Positions 35,180 to 44,507 of a stretch of DNA of 64,000 nt are shown here, one piece after another. Position 1 is the first letter of the stretch. Every line of letters begins with the position of its first letter. Source of the DNA: a virus (taxonomy: Duplodnaviria > Caudoviricetes); the IMG/VR virus record IMGVR_UViG_3300021387_000544, positions 5,678 to 69,677 of that record. The stretch is one strand, 5' to 3'. The translations under genes and the position numbers were made by a program. Below the pieces are notes generated by a model, which had not been told where the DNA came from, did not search any database, and saw nothing but the letters and a program-made list of their open reading frames with translations.

Positions 35180-36124
35180 ATGGCAGAAATTTATTCAATT
35201 CCAGATTCAGGCAGCACAAGTCTTCCTTACAGTATCCCTGTAGGTTTCGGAGGCTTCGGCGGCAACGGATTCTTCGGTAACGGCAGCGGTTTCAACAGCA
35301 TTGCCGACCTGTTTGGTCTTGCAATCATCGCAAGCATGTTCGGATGGGGCAACGGAAATGGTTTCGGTGGATGGGGCGGCAACGGTAACGGCGCTGCAGG
35401 CTTCCTCTCGAACCAGATCAACAATGATGCCGGTCGCGAACTGATCATGCAGGCAGTAACAAACCAAGGCGAGGCAAGCCGCACGGCCATCCAGACTCTC
35501 AGTACCATGCTCGGCCAAGACTTCAACCTGGTTAACCAAGGCGTACAGACCGTGCAGAACGCTCTCAGCAACCTTGCCTTGCAACAGGCAGTAAGCGTTC
35601 CTCAGATCATCAACTCGATCCAGTCGGGCGACGCAAGCATCATCAGCACCTTCCAGAAGTGCTGCTGCGACCAGCAACTTGCCACCTGTCAGCAGACCAA
35701 CACCCTTCAGAACGCCATCAACGGCGTAGGCACCCAGGTGCAGGCCAAGGCAGCCGCCGACCAGTTGGCCATGTGTCAGCAGACATACGCTCTGACGGAC
35801 AACATGAACCGCAACTATCTTGCTCTTGATAACAAGATAGACGCTATGGAGTCGAGTCGCAAAGACCGTGAGATTGCTGCCAAGGATGCGGAAATCGCAA
35901 CCTTGAAGTCACAGAATTTCACGGCTGGTCTGATGGCACAGAGCCTCGCACCTGTCAACGCCGCACTGGCATCGTTGAACAAGGAGGTCGATGACATCAA
36001 GTGTAAACTCCCCAATACCATCAACGTGGAATATCCGCAGGTGTCCGTAGTCAATACCACTCCCTACATGGGCGGTTTCTACGGTAACGGGTTCAACGGC
36101 TGGGGCGGTAATGTCGTATTCTGA
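35180..36124 (+). CDS. Gly/aromatic-rich, coiled-coil CCC-motif protein of unknown function
   Basis: GFGG-rich ends, hydrophobic IADLFGLAIIASMFGW, KCCCDQQ, long heptad region. Confidence 0.85.
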   Translation: MAEIYSIPDSGSTSLPYSIPVGFGGFGGNGFFGNGSGFNSIADLFGLAIIASMFGWGNGNGFGGWGGNGNGAAGFLSNQINNDAGRELIMQAVTNQGEASRTAIQTLSTMLGQDFNLVNQGVQTVQNALSNLALQQAVSVPQIINSIQSGDASIISTFQKCCCDQQLATCQQTNTLQNAINGVGTQVQAKAAADQLAMCQQTYALTDNMNRNYLALDNKIDAMESSRKDREIAAKDAEIATLKSQNFTAGLMAQSLAPVNAALASLNKEVDDIKCKLPNTINVEYPQVSVVNTTPYMGGFYGNGFNGWGGNVVF

Positions 36125-36134
36125 TTAAAGTATC

Positions 36135-36494
36135 ATGGAGGATATGGATATGGGATGCTTTAATAGTATAACGACCAATGCAGGAGGGGTTCCCTACCTG
36201 ACATCGGCGAACGTCACCGTGTCGGACACGGCCGTTGACATCGCCCTTGGATGGATGCGTAGGCCGATCCCTCCTGTCGGGTACATGACAATCAGGATTG
36301 CCAATGAGATTCCAACCGGGACGACGGCTACGCTGCCGGTTACCATCACGTTAAACGGCATAACACGTCCGCTGACACTGTTCGATGGGACGGCTGTTAC
36401 CGTAGCGGAGGTCATAGGCGGCACGGGCGTCATAACCGTGTTCAACGATAGGTTCAACGGGATTCTCCAACTGATGTCGCGTACAACCGTGTGA
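36135..36494 (+). CDS. Hypothetical beta-rich protein
   Basis: Thr/Val-rich 119 aa. Confidence 0.75.
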   Translation: MEDMDMGCFNSITTNAGGVPYLTSANVTVSDTAVDIALGWMRRPIPPVGYMTIRIANEIPTGTTATLPVTITLNGITRPLTLFDGTAVTVAEVIGGTGVITVFNDRFNGILQLMSRTTV

Positions 36495-36532
36495 ACAGTA
36501 GAAAAGAGTAGTAACACAAAAAGTAGTAACAA

Positions 36533-37069
36533 ATGGATTTCAAGAGTCTTGGAACAGGACAGACCATCTACGTCCTACAGAAAAGTGAAAAGTCAAGGCC
36601 CGTCCTTCAGGTCGGCGTTGTCAAGTCTAAGAGCGAGCCTAAGTCGCCTTATCAGACGAATCAGCCGCTTCTTAACGGCCTTGCCGCAATGAACGGGCAG
36701 AATGCCGTAGTCGACATTGTCGCATCCATCAACGGAGCGGACGTCCCGTTCAGCAATCTTCCGGCAAACGGCGAGACAACCTCATACAACGGCGGAAACA
36801 CGTTTGTCAGTTGTAACCAGCAGGCGACGATACAGGCCGTCGATGCCATGATGCAAGTGTCACGTCAGGAACTTGAACGTGAGTCGTACAACAAAGCCGT
36901 CCTTGACGAGGGCGAGAAGATGCTGGAGACGCTCAATCCACGCTATGCCGAGGAGAAGAAGCGTGACCGCACTATCAAGTCCCTCGAGGAGAGGCAGGCC
37001 GCTACCGACAACAAACTTGACAAGATCCTGTCAAGGCTGGACGAGTTCTTTGCCCCTTCCAAGAAATAG
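36533..37069 (+). CDS. Hypothetical protein with C-terminal coiled coil
   Basis: 178 aa. Confidence 0.8.
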   Translation: MDFKSLGTGQTIYVLQKSEKSRPVLQVGVVKSKSEPKSPYQTNQPLLNGLAAMNGQNAVVDIVASINGADVPFSNLPANGETTSYNGGNTFVSCNQQATIQAVDAMMQVSRQELERESYNKAVLDEGEKMLETLNPRYAEEKKRDRTIKSLEERQAATDNKLDKILSRLDEFFAPSKK

Positions 37070-37082
37070 AATCCTCAAAACG

Positions 37083-37325
37083 ATGACGATTATGGGAAGA
37101 CATTTTATCATTGTAGACGACAAGCACAAGGATGACGGCTACCGTCGTGAGGAGATGTACCGTCGCATGGGTGGCTACCGTATGCATGACGGCATTCGTA
37201 TGGGCGAATACCGCGACAACGAGTATGACGAGGGTTATCGTACCGGCTACGAGCATGGTTTCAAAGACCATGAGCAGGACGAGAACTGGCGCCGTATGCG
37301 TGACTCTCGCGGACGGTTCATGTAA
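37083..37325 (+). CDS. Small Arg/Asp/Gly/Tyr-rich disordered protein
   Basis: 80 aa ending RDSRGRFM; ATG 37083. Confidence 0.75.
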   Translation: MTIMGRHFIIVDDKHKDDGYRREEMYRRMGGYRMHDGIRMGEYRDNEYDEGYRTGYEHGFKDHEQDENWRRMRDSRGRFM

Positions 37326-37335
37326 TTTTATGGGT

Positions 37336-37363
37336 GGGGTGATTATTATTCACCCCATCCTTT
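37336..37363 (+). terminator. Intrinsic terminator
   Basis: GGGGTGA-ttattat-TCACCCC followed by atccttt. Confidence 0.55.
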
Positions 37364-37400
37364 CCAGTATTTAAAGAATTAGAATAAAATTGAAAGGATT

Positions 37401-37799
37401 ATGAAACAGTATATATCAGAAGACAGGGCTATGTATGAGGACATGTACAAGGGTCAGTTCAGCAGGAAACTTGCCCAGTGGGCTATCTCCAAGATGGAGA
37501 CGGAAGACCCGACAACTGGTGTGATGAAGAAGATTACGCCACGCTCCGCAGATGATGTTGCACAGATACTGTCCGCACAGAAGATAGACCTGCCCGACAG
37601 TATGTTCTATACGGCGTGGTACCTGTTTAACATGGCGATCGCCGACTACAAGAAGACCTGCAAGACAGACGAGCAGCGTGCCACGTTCGTGGAGGAGACG
37701 CTTCTCGACCCTGATGGATGTCCTGAGAATGTCCTCGACTGCTTTGTGACAAAGATGTGTAATGCCGACGTCCCCATCTTCTGGGAACGCTTTATCTGA
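37401..37799 (+). CDS. Hypothetical helical protein
   Basis: 132 aa. Confidence 0.8.
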   Translation: MKQYISEDRAMYEDMYKGQFSRKLAQWAISKMETEDPTTGVMKKITPRSADDVAQILSAQKIDLPDSMFYTAWYLFNMAIADYKKTCKTDEQRATFVEETLLDPDGCPENVLDCFVTKMCNADVPIFWERFI

Positions 37800-37806
37800 T
37801 ACGGCT

Positions 37807-38238
37807 ATGGTACAGACAGGATTCTGGCTCGGCGACAGGGACTGGTGGGTGATGGCCTCCTTTGACGTGTCCACGACGGAGGACTTGCGTGACGTCTACG
37901 AGTCCCTGCTTTCCGTGGGCTGCCCGGACCACAAGGCACGTAAGGTGTGCATGACGCTCTCGCAGCCAAACAGTGGCTATACGCTCACTGACTACGACGG
38001 CAGATATTCGCTTGTGTTCATCGGCAGGGCGACCTCCCCTGAGCAGATGTATGACTCCATCGACCATGAGAAGAAACATGTCGTGGAGCACATCAGCAGT
38101 TACTACGGCATTGACCCGAAGAGCGAGGAGGCGGCCTATCTGGCGGGTGAACTTGGCCGTCTCATCTTTCCTGCAGCGGCTTATGTCATCTGCCCTAAAT
38201 GCCACCGTCATGATTACGCGCCTTCATCCTATAAGTAA
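37807..38238 (+). CDS. Putative zincin-like metallopeptidase
   Basis: DHEKKH (HExxH) followed by EEAAYLAG. Confidence 0.65.
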   Translation: MVQTGFWLGDRDWWVMASFDVSTTEDLRDVYESLLSVGCPDHKARKVCMTLSQPNSGYTLTDYDGRYSLVFIGRATSPEQMYDSIDHEKKHVVEHISSYYGIDPKSEEAAYLAGELGRLIFPAAAYVICPKCHRHDYAPSSYK

Positions 38239-38422
38239 CGGCGTTAACGTGCTTGACATCAGTGGCGTCACGCTTCTGTCTCTTGACGAGGTGGACGCAT
38301 GGCTGTTTGCCATAGACATGCTCCCCAAAGAGCGTGCTGAAGCCTGCAGGCAGATTGTATCAGAAGGCAGTTTTAAGGTGTGCAACATCGAGCACAGAGT
38401 CGAGATGAGATGTACGGTCTGA
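38210..38422 (+). CDS. Small hypothetical protein
   Basis: MITRLHPISNGVNVLDISG..., 70 aa. Confidence 0.55.
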   Translation: MITRLHPISNGVNVLDISGVTLLSLDEVDAWLFAIDMLPKERAEACRQIVSEGSFKVCNIEHRVEMRCTV

Positions 38423-38507
38423 CAGTGTCATAACGTTAAAAAAAAGCAATTTGCTTAAACTATGCAAATAAAATGCATAGTAAGACATTCGTTTGCATTA
38501 TTTTTGG

Positions 38508-38517
38508 TATATTTGCA
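38508..38517 (+). promoter_or_regulatory. Bacteroidota -7 promoter box
   Basis: TATATTTGCA upstream of a lone membrane-protein gene. Confidence 0.6.
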
Positions 38518-38533
38518 GCATTAACTAATATGT

Positions 38534-38788
38534 TTGCATATGAATAATTTTATAGTCAGCGTCATTAAGATTATGAGCCTGCTCACCTTTATTATCGGTG
38601 TACTCATGATTATTGCCTGCTTTTCCAAGGAAGATGCCGGTTTTTTTGTTGACGGTATAGGCCTTATTATTGCCAGTGTGTTCCTGGCAGGTTTTTCTAA
38701 CATAGTAGATGCCGCATGCCGCTATATCGACAAATGCGATGCAGATGACGATAAAAACTCTGCAGATGATGAAGAAGCGGAGGAATAA
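38534..38788 (+). CDS. Small two-TM membrane protein (moron-like)
   Basis: Two hydrophobic helices, acidic tail; own promoter. Confidence 0.75.
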   Translation: MHMNNFIVSVIKIMSLLTFIIGVLMIIACFSKEDAGFFVDGIGLIIASVFLAGFSNIVDAACRYIDKCDADDDKNSADDEEAEE

Positions 38789-38803
38789 TCCACCGCTTCC
38801 TTG

Positions 38804-41800
38804 TTATGCCATCCTTACTTTTGTTGCTCCGATGTCTATCTTGTGCATGATGTCGTAGATTCGGTCTGCGGCGTCTGCATTGCGCAGTGTGTTGGCCGCT
38901 ATCTGCTGCTGCAGTGTCACCTGCGTCTCAGCCAGTACGCTTGTGCGCTGTAGTGATGCCGCAATAGCTGGAAGGTGTACTGCCTGACTTATCCTGATGA
39001 CGCTCACATCGGCACGTATTGCGTTGATGTATGACGCCAGCAGGTCTGCCGTCTGCTCTGTCACGCCTTTGATGCCGGATGCCGCAGATGATGATGACGA
39101 AGAACCCTTCATGTCTGCCCCGTACTGTTCAGAGATTGTGTTAAGCCCGTCCATGAAGGTGTTGACCTGCCCCTGCAGCGTCTCGCCAGCCTCATACATC
39201 CTTCCGAGGATTTCCATGCCCTGCTTTGTCAGGATGCCGTCGTCCTTCTCGTACTGCTTGAGAAACTCGTCCATGACAGGTTCGATGGCCTTGGAGACGA
39301 ACCTTTCCGTGATCATCTTCACTCCGAGTCCCTGCAGTATCTCACTGACCTTCTTCTTGTATGCCTCCGCTCCGCTCTCCCCGTCAGCCCATGCACTCAC
39401 AAGCGCATCGCCAAGTTCGGATGCCCATGATTTGAAATCAATATCATACAGCGTTTTGGCCATGTCTTCCGCAAAGTGAGTGACAGAATCCTGCAAGCTC
39501 TCGATTTCAGCCTTGTAGTCTGCAAGCTTCTCTGAATCAGAATTCTTCTTATCTGCTTCGGCGTTGTATTGAGCCTGCAACTCGTCTCTTTGCTTCAGAA
39601 GAAGAGCGTAACTCTGATCATAGTAGGTCCGCGACTGCTGGGCAGCCTCCATAGCGTGGAAGGTTTCGTCAGAAATGTTAGTCCTTGGCGCGAAAAGACC
39701 AAGACCCAGACGTCTGAATAGCTGAATCTTCCTCCAGTCCTCTATATCACCCGTGAAACTGTCATTGACGGCATTAGACCCAGGAAGACTATAAATACCA
39801 CCGAGAGCTCTTTCAAGACTACGTTCAAGTGATTCTTTCATGCGGTTGATGGCATTTATCTGTTCTTGCGCAAGTTGTATCTGTCGCTCACGTTTTGCAT
39901 CATGGCCCTTCGCAAAGCCTGTTATCCATCCCGTAAACGATCCGACGACTCCTTCAATAACGCCACCCATATTGCCGTTCTTTAAAGAGTCCCAGCCTTT
40001 CGTTGCACTCGCACTTGCCGAAGAGAATGAACTTAGGAATGTTCCCCAGTCTTGCCATGCATCGCTGTTCGTATCATGGCCGAGCGCCTCATACATCTCC
40101 CGTATCTCGTTGAAGGCACCATTTATACCCTGAACGGTATCGTTTATACCGTGTATTATGGTATCAATGACTGCAACAGCCCCGGCTGCCTTTCCTGCAG
40201 CTCCCGACATAGCCTGTCCGCTCGCCATCATTGAGTTTGCACTCTTCATGGCATTCTCCGATGCAGTCATCTGGGCATCTGCAGCCTCCATCCCTTTCAC
40301 ATCACCGGAAGATGATGCTTCATTGTACATCTTGACAGCTTTCTCAAAGTCCTTTTCTGCAGCCTGAAGGTCGTTTATGCCGCGATTCCATTTTGAGTCG
40401 CCCTGTTCCTTCATATTGCTGATGTATCCGTTAAGTCCGCCACCGAGCATTGCCGCAAGACCGTTTCTCTTGTTCTGCAGCTTCTCTATCTGCTCATTGA
40501 TTCTGTTTATCTCGGTAAGATACTGACGTGCGCTAAGTCTGCCTGACTTGAGTTCAAGGTTAAGGTTCTTCCTGATGGCTTCTCCTATCTTCTCCGCCTC
40601 AGGTATCGTGAGCGTAAGTATTGCATTATAGAAATTCAAGTAGTCTAAAGACTCTTTCAATGCGTCACTCTTGGCCTTTTCAAGTTCTTTTCTCTTTGCA
40701 TTTATCTGTGCCTCATATCCTTCGCTTACGGCCTTGTCATTTCCATTGTACTGATCTCTCTCCTTTTCAAGTTCGGAAAGTTGACGCTCGATTTCTATTA
40801 CCTTTTGTGCATTCGTCAGAGATTTTGAATATGCCTCTGCTGAGTTCTCCAGGAACTTCGTGTAGTTGCCGCGTATGACATTCTGAATGGCCTTTGCCAG
40901 ATCTACGAGTTCTGTCTGCACCTGTCCCTTTGCGTCGACGAGCGCCTCTCTCAGCTGCTTCTCGTTCATGCTCCAGTCAAATCCGACTGGAATGACGCCA
41001 AGCTCCGCGCCTCTCTGGTTGAACCGTTCCAGCATCTTCTTTGCCGTCTCGTCCCATATCGTTCCCTCGTTGAAGGCGAGAGCAGCAAACGACTGGTTAC
41101 CTCCGGACTTTCCGAGGAGTGAGCGGTAGAGCTTCCACTGCTCCGACATCTTCTTGGTGTACTCCTGCATGGCTTCGGCATTCTCCTTCAGGGATTCCTT
41201 CTCCCGGTCGAAGACAGTGTCTGCGCTCGTCTTGTCTATATCATTCAGGAACTTCTTTCGTGCCTCCGTCGTCGCAGGAAGGGAATCCCGCAGTTTGTCA
41301 AGCACCTCCGTATAGTTGTCGACGAGTTGCAGTCCGAGGAAGTTTCCTTTATCGTCCTTCAAGTCAGGGAAGAGGTCACCGAGTTTACTGATGGCCTTCT
41401 CCTTGTCGTACATCTCGCGATACTTCTTGTATTCGGAGAGGAATGCCTTGTACTGCTGGAGTTTTGTCTTGGCTGCATCCAGTTCCGCATCCCTATTTTG
41501 TTCTTTCTTCTTTGTAGGATTGTCATTCTTGTCGGTGATGTCTGCCTTCTCATCCTCGTCAAGGAGTTTCTTCATCGTTTCGTCATCAAATACGGAAGCG
41601 CCTAAGGCAGCACCGTCTGCAAGCCCCTTCTCAAGTTCTCCAAAGCGCACATAGTCGTAGAAGAGGCGCTTGAGCCTTCTGCGAATCTCCGGTTCCTGGA
41701 CACCCAACTGGTCTGCAATTCCTTCGAGCATAAGTTTAAAGTCGTCGACGTTGTTCATCGCCCACTTGTTGAGTTCCTTCTCATCCATGTTCCGCTGCTG

Positions 41801-44371
41801 CATGATTTTCTTCAGCATGCGAGGAATATCGTCGTTCGCAATTTCGTCCCATCTCTCAGTGACACCGTTTGACGCTTCCTTGATGCGATCTGCAAAATTT
41901 ACGAACTCAACGTTGGTTGCCGTCACCTTTTCAACAATCGTCTGCCAGTATCCGCTCTCAGCAAGAAGGCGTATCTGTTCTTCGAACGGCGCCTTTGAGA
42001 GTTGTGCTGCAAACCCTTCCGATATCGTGCCAGCCTTCACCATCTCGTCGATGACGTTCTTGATAGCCTCCTTATACTCCCAAGCCGTGTCTATGACGGT
42101 TCTCAAGTCCTTGTATGCGTCGAGCGTCTGCTGCATGTTCTTGTTGATGTCGTCATTGAAGAACCATTCCATGTTCTCGCTGACATTCCAAGACGACATG
42201 TCTCCGGTGGAAGCCTTTATCATCTCCGCCACGTCATCCTGTACGTCGAGCATCTTGCGGTTCTTCTCCACGGCATTCTCGATGGCCGTTGCAAGGATGT
42301 CGTACTGCTCAGGCAGTCCGTTGGTTTTCTTCAACTGCTCGTCAATCGTCTTGGTGTATGCCTCAGAGTTTGCCAGCACCTGCTTCATCTCGTCGACGCG
42401 GTTCTTCAGTTCGACCTTGTCCGTAGGCTTGCCATCGTCATCCATCGTCTTCTGGAGTTTCTGCATGTCGATAATGCGCGACTTGATGAGGTCTTTTATC
42501 TCCTTCGACTTCTCGTCAATCTTACTCTTCCACTGGTCATACGCCATGTATATCTCCATGCCTGCCATGGCGGCGAGTGTAGCCCATGTCCCAGCCCCAA
42601 CGCCCATGAATGCATTCTTGAGCGACATCTGAAGCCCGGCAAGAGCCGTTCTCCACTTCCCTGCAGCGGCTGCGGCACGTATCTCTGCGGCCGTGATGCC
42701 GTTGATACCGACCAGGTGCATCGCCTGAGCAACTTTTATCTTCTTGAGCGCGATTAGCCGCAGAACATCACTTTTGGTCAGGTTGTTGACCGCCATTGCC
42801 TGCCTGAGGTCTGCCGCCGTCAGCGAGTTCCTCGATGCAACGGCGATGCGCTCCTGAGCCGTGAGCGTGCGGTAAGTGGATGCAGCCACCAACTGGTTAG
42901 CAGCCAGTTGTTTGGTTGCCATGATGTTTTTCAACGTCGCAGCTGTATTGCCCTGCATGGCTATCGTCTGTGCGCCGATGCGCAGTTTAGACAGCAGGAA
43001 CGCGCCCATGGCCACACCCATGACGTTCATGATCTCCCTCCAGTGCCTTGTAGTCTTCAGGAGTACTCCGGCAAGGTCTTTCAGCGCATCGCCGACCATA
43101 CCTTCTGCCATCTCTCCGTACATGATATCCATGGCGTCGCGGAGGTTCTTGTACCTTGCGGCAAGAGACTCTGAGATCTTCTCCTGCATGTTGTAGAACA
43201 TACCGCCTTCGTCCGTAAGTCTGCGGATCTGCTCGATGACGTCCTCATACGACACCTGGCGCTTGGAGATGCGCTTCTGCACCTCTGCCGTGGTGACGGC
43301 ATGCTTCTCGACCTCAGAGTAGTAGTCTGCCAGCATCTTCAGCATCGGGATGTTGTTCATCGAGAACTGACGGAGCGTGATACCAGTGAGGTATGTGGCA
43401 GAGCGTACGTGGCCTAATGCAAGTGTGAGTCGTCCGATATCCGTACCCGCACCCGCCGAGATATCAGCAAGACGCTTTGTCATGTCAAACAGTTCGTTGT
43501 ACTTGAACCCGTATGCAGAGAGTTGCTTGGTGTATTGGTCGAGTTCGACAACTCCGAACGGAGACTGGAGTGCAAGTCCCTTGATCTGCTCGAACAGGTG
43601 GCCTGCCTTCACGGTATCTCCGAGGATGGCACCGATGGATATGCGCTGTTTCTCCAACTGGCCGCCGATCTCGATGACCTGTCCGAGGAACTGGCGTGCT
43701 GCATCTATCGCGAACAGGGAACTGAGAGCCGAACCGAGTTGTGTCGAGATGTGTATGCCTCCAGCCAATGTCGCATTCAGTCGCACATGGTCAGAGTTCC
43801 ACTGACGTGCGGACTTTGCTGCATCTCGCATATTCCTTGCATTCTCCTGCGCGGCTATGGATGCTCTTCTCATATCGACACCAAGAAGACCAGCATTCGT
43901 CCGCAGCATATTTAGGCTGTCCACCGCGCTACGGTACGATGAGAATGCGGCTTTCGCCTGTGCGGATTCTTTCCCGTGCGCGCTGACCATGTTCTGCCAT
44001 TCACGTTTTAGCGCCCGCACCTTCTCGGTCTGAAGGACGATAGACTCCGTCAGCTGCGTCATCTGCATCTTCATCCCCGAAATTCCTTTCAGGCCGCCCA
44101 GATCCACCTTCGGCGCATTTGCACTGTTGTTGATACTACTCAGCGAATTCTGCAGGTTTTGTCTGACAGCCGCCGCATTGGTGTTTATCTTTATATCGAA
44201 AGTCTCCTTTCCAAGTTCAGTTCTCAACTTGCTTACCATTTGCTGGTATGACTGCGGGTCGTAGTTCATCTTCAGTGCATCAAGGATGCTCTGATTCCCA
44301 CTCTGTATTTTCTGCTTTAAAGCAGAGAGGTCGATGTCTGCACCGAACCATAATGTGCCGAGATTCGCCAT
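38804..44371 (-). CDS. Tape measure protein
   Basis: About 1855 aa, helical; GQLEKQRISIGAILG...ALQSPFGVVEL...KQLSAYGF tape-measure domain; start MANLGTLWFG. Confidence 0.92.
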   Translation of the reverse strand: MANLGTLWFGADIDLSALKQKIQSGNQSILDALKMNYDPQSYQQMVSKLRTELGKETFDIKINTNAAAVRQNLQNSLSSINNSANAPKVDLGGLKGISGMKMQMTQLTESIVLQTEKVRALKREWQNMVSAHGKESAQAKAAFSSYRSAVDSLNMLRTNAGLLGVDMRRASIAAQENARNMRDAAKSARQWNSDHVRLNATLAGGIHISTQLGSALSSLFAIDAARQFLGQVIEIGGQLEKQRISIGAILGDTVKAGHLFEQIKGLALQSPFGVVELDQYTKQLSAYGFKYNELFDMTKRLADISAGAGTDIGRLTLALGHVRSATYLTGITLRQFSMNNIPMLKMLADYYSEVEKHAVTTAEVQKRISKRQVSYEDVIEQIRRLTDEGGMFYNMQEKISESLAARYKNLRDAMDIMYGEMAEGMVGDALKDLAGVLLKTTRHWREIMNVMGVAMGAFLLSKLRIGAQTIAMQGNTAATLKNIMATKQLAANQLVAASTYRTLTAQERIAVASRNSLTAADLRQAMAVNNLTKSDVLRLIALKKIKVAQAMHLVGINGITAAEIRAAAAAGKWRTALAGLQMSLKNAFMGVGAGTWATLAAMAGMEIYMAYDQWKSKIDEKSKEIKDLIKSRIIDMQKLQKTMDDDGKPTDKVELKNRVDEMKQVLANSEAYTKTIDEQLKKTNGLPEQYDILATAIENAVEKNRKMLDVQDDVAEMIKASTGDMSSWNVSENMEWFFNDDINKNMQQTLDAYKDLRTVIDTAWEYKEAIKNVIDEMVKAGTISEGFAAQLSKAPFEEQIRLLAESGYWQTIVEKVTATNVEFVNFADRIKEASNGVTERWDEIANDDIPRMLKKIMQQRNMDEKELNKWAMNNVDDFKLMLEGIADQLGVQEPEIRRRLKRLFYDYVRFGELEKGLADGAALGASVFDDETMKKLLDEDEKADITDKNDNPTKKKEQNRDAELDAAKTKLQQYKAFLSEYKKYREMYDKEKAISKLGDLFPDLKDDKGNFLGLQLVDNYTEVLDKLRDSLPATTEARKKFLNDIDKTSADTVFDREKESLKENAEAMQEYTKKMSEQWKLYRSLLGKSGGNQSFAALAFNEGTIWDETAKKMLERFNQRGAELGVIPVGFDWSMNEKQLREALVDAKGQVQTELVDLAKAIQNVIRGNYTKFLENSAEAYSKSLTNAQKVIEIERQLSELEKERDQYNGNDKAVSEGYEAQINAKRKELEKAKSDALKESLDYLNFYNAILTLTIPEAEKIGEAIRKNLNLELKSGRLSARQYLTEINRINEQIEKLQNKRNGLAAMLGGGLNGYISNMKEQGDSKWNRGINDLQAAEKDFEKAVKMYNEASSSGDVKGMEAADAQMTASENAMKSANSMMASGQAMSGAAGKAAGAVAVIDTIIHGINDTVQGINGAFNEIREMYEALGHDTNSDAWQDWGTFLSSFSSASASATKGWDSLKNGNMGGVIEGVVGSFTGWITGFAKGHDAKRERQIQLAQEQINAINRMKESLERSLERALGGIYSLPGSNAVNDSFTGDIEDWRKIQLFRRLGLGLFAPRTNISDETFHAMEAAQQSRTYYDQSYALLLKQRDELQAQYNAEADKKNSDSEKLADYKAEIESLQDSVTHFAEDMAKTLYDIDFKSWASELGDALVSAWADGESGAEAYKKKVSEILQGLGVKMITERFVSKAIEPVMDEFLKQYEKDDGILTKQGMEILGRMYEAGETLQGQVNTFMDGLNTISEQYGADMKGSSSSSSAASGIKGVTEQTADLLASYINAIRADVSVIRISQAVHLPAIAASLQRTSVLAETQVTLQQQIAANTLRNADAADRIYDIMHKIDIGATKVRMA

Positions 44372-44401
44372 ATGAAACAAGATTATATATAATACTTTGG
44401 T

Positions 44402-44411
44402 GGCAAAGATA
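44402..44411 (-). promoter_or_regulatory. Promoter box for the tape measure gene
   Basis: TATCTTTGCC on minus strand. Confidence 0.55.
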
Positions 44412-44448
44412 TCAAAATTTTGCATATTGTTTAAATTTTCTGCAAAAT

Positions 44449-44484
44449 ATTTGTGAATATGCGATAAAAATATATATTTGCACC
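44449..44484 (+). promoter_or_regulatory. Putative late promoter (tail tip/fibre operon)
   Basis: ATTTGTGAATATGCGATAAAAATATATATTTGCA, matches 29095-29130. Confidence 0.6.
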
Positions 44485-44507
44485 AAAAAAAATAAGAGGT
44501 CAGAAAA

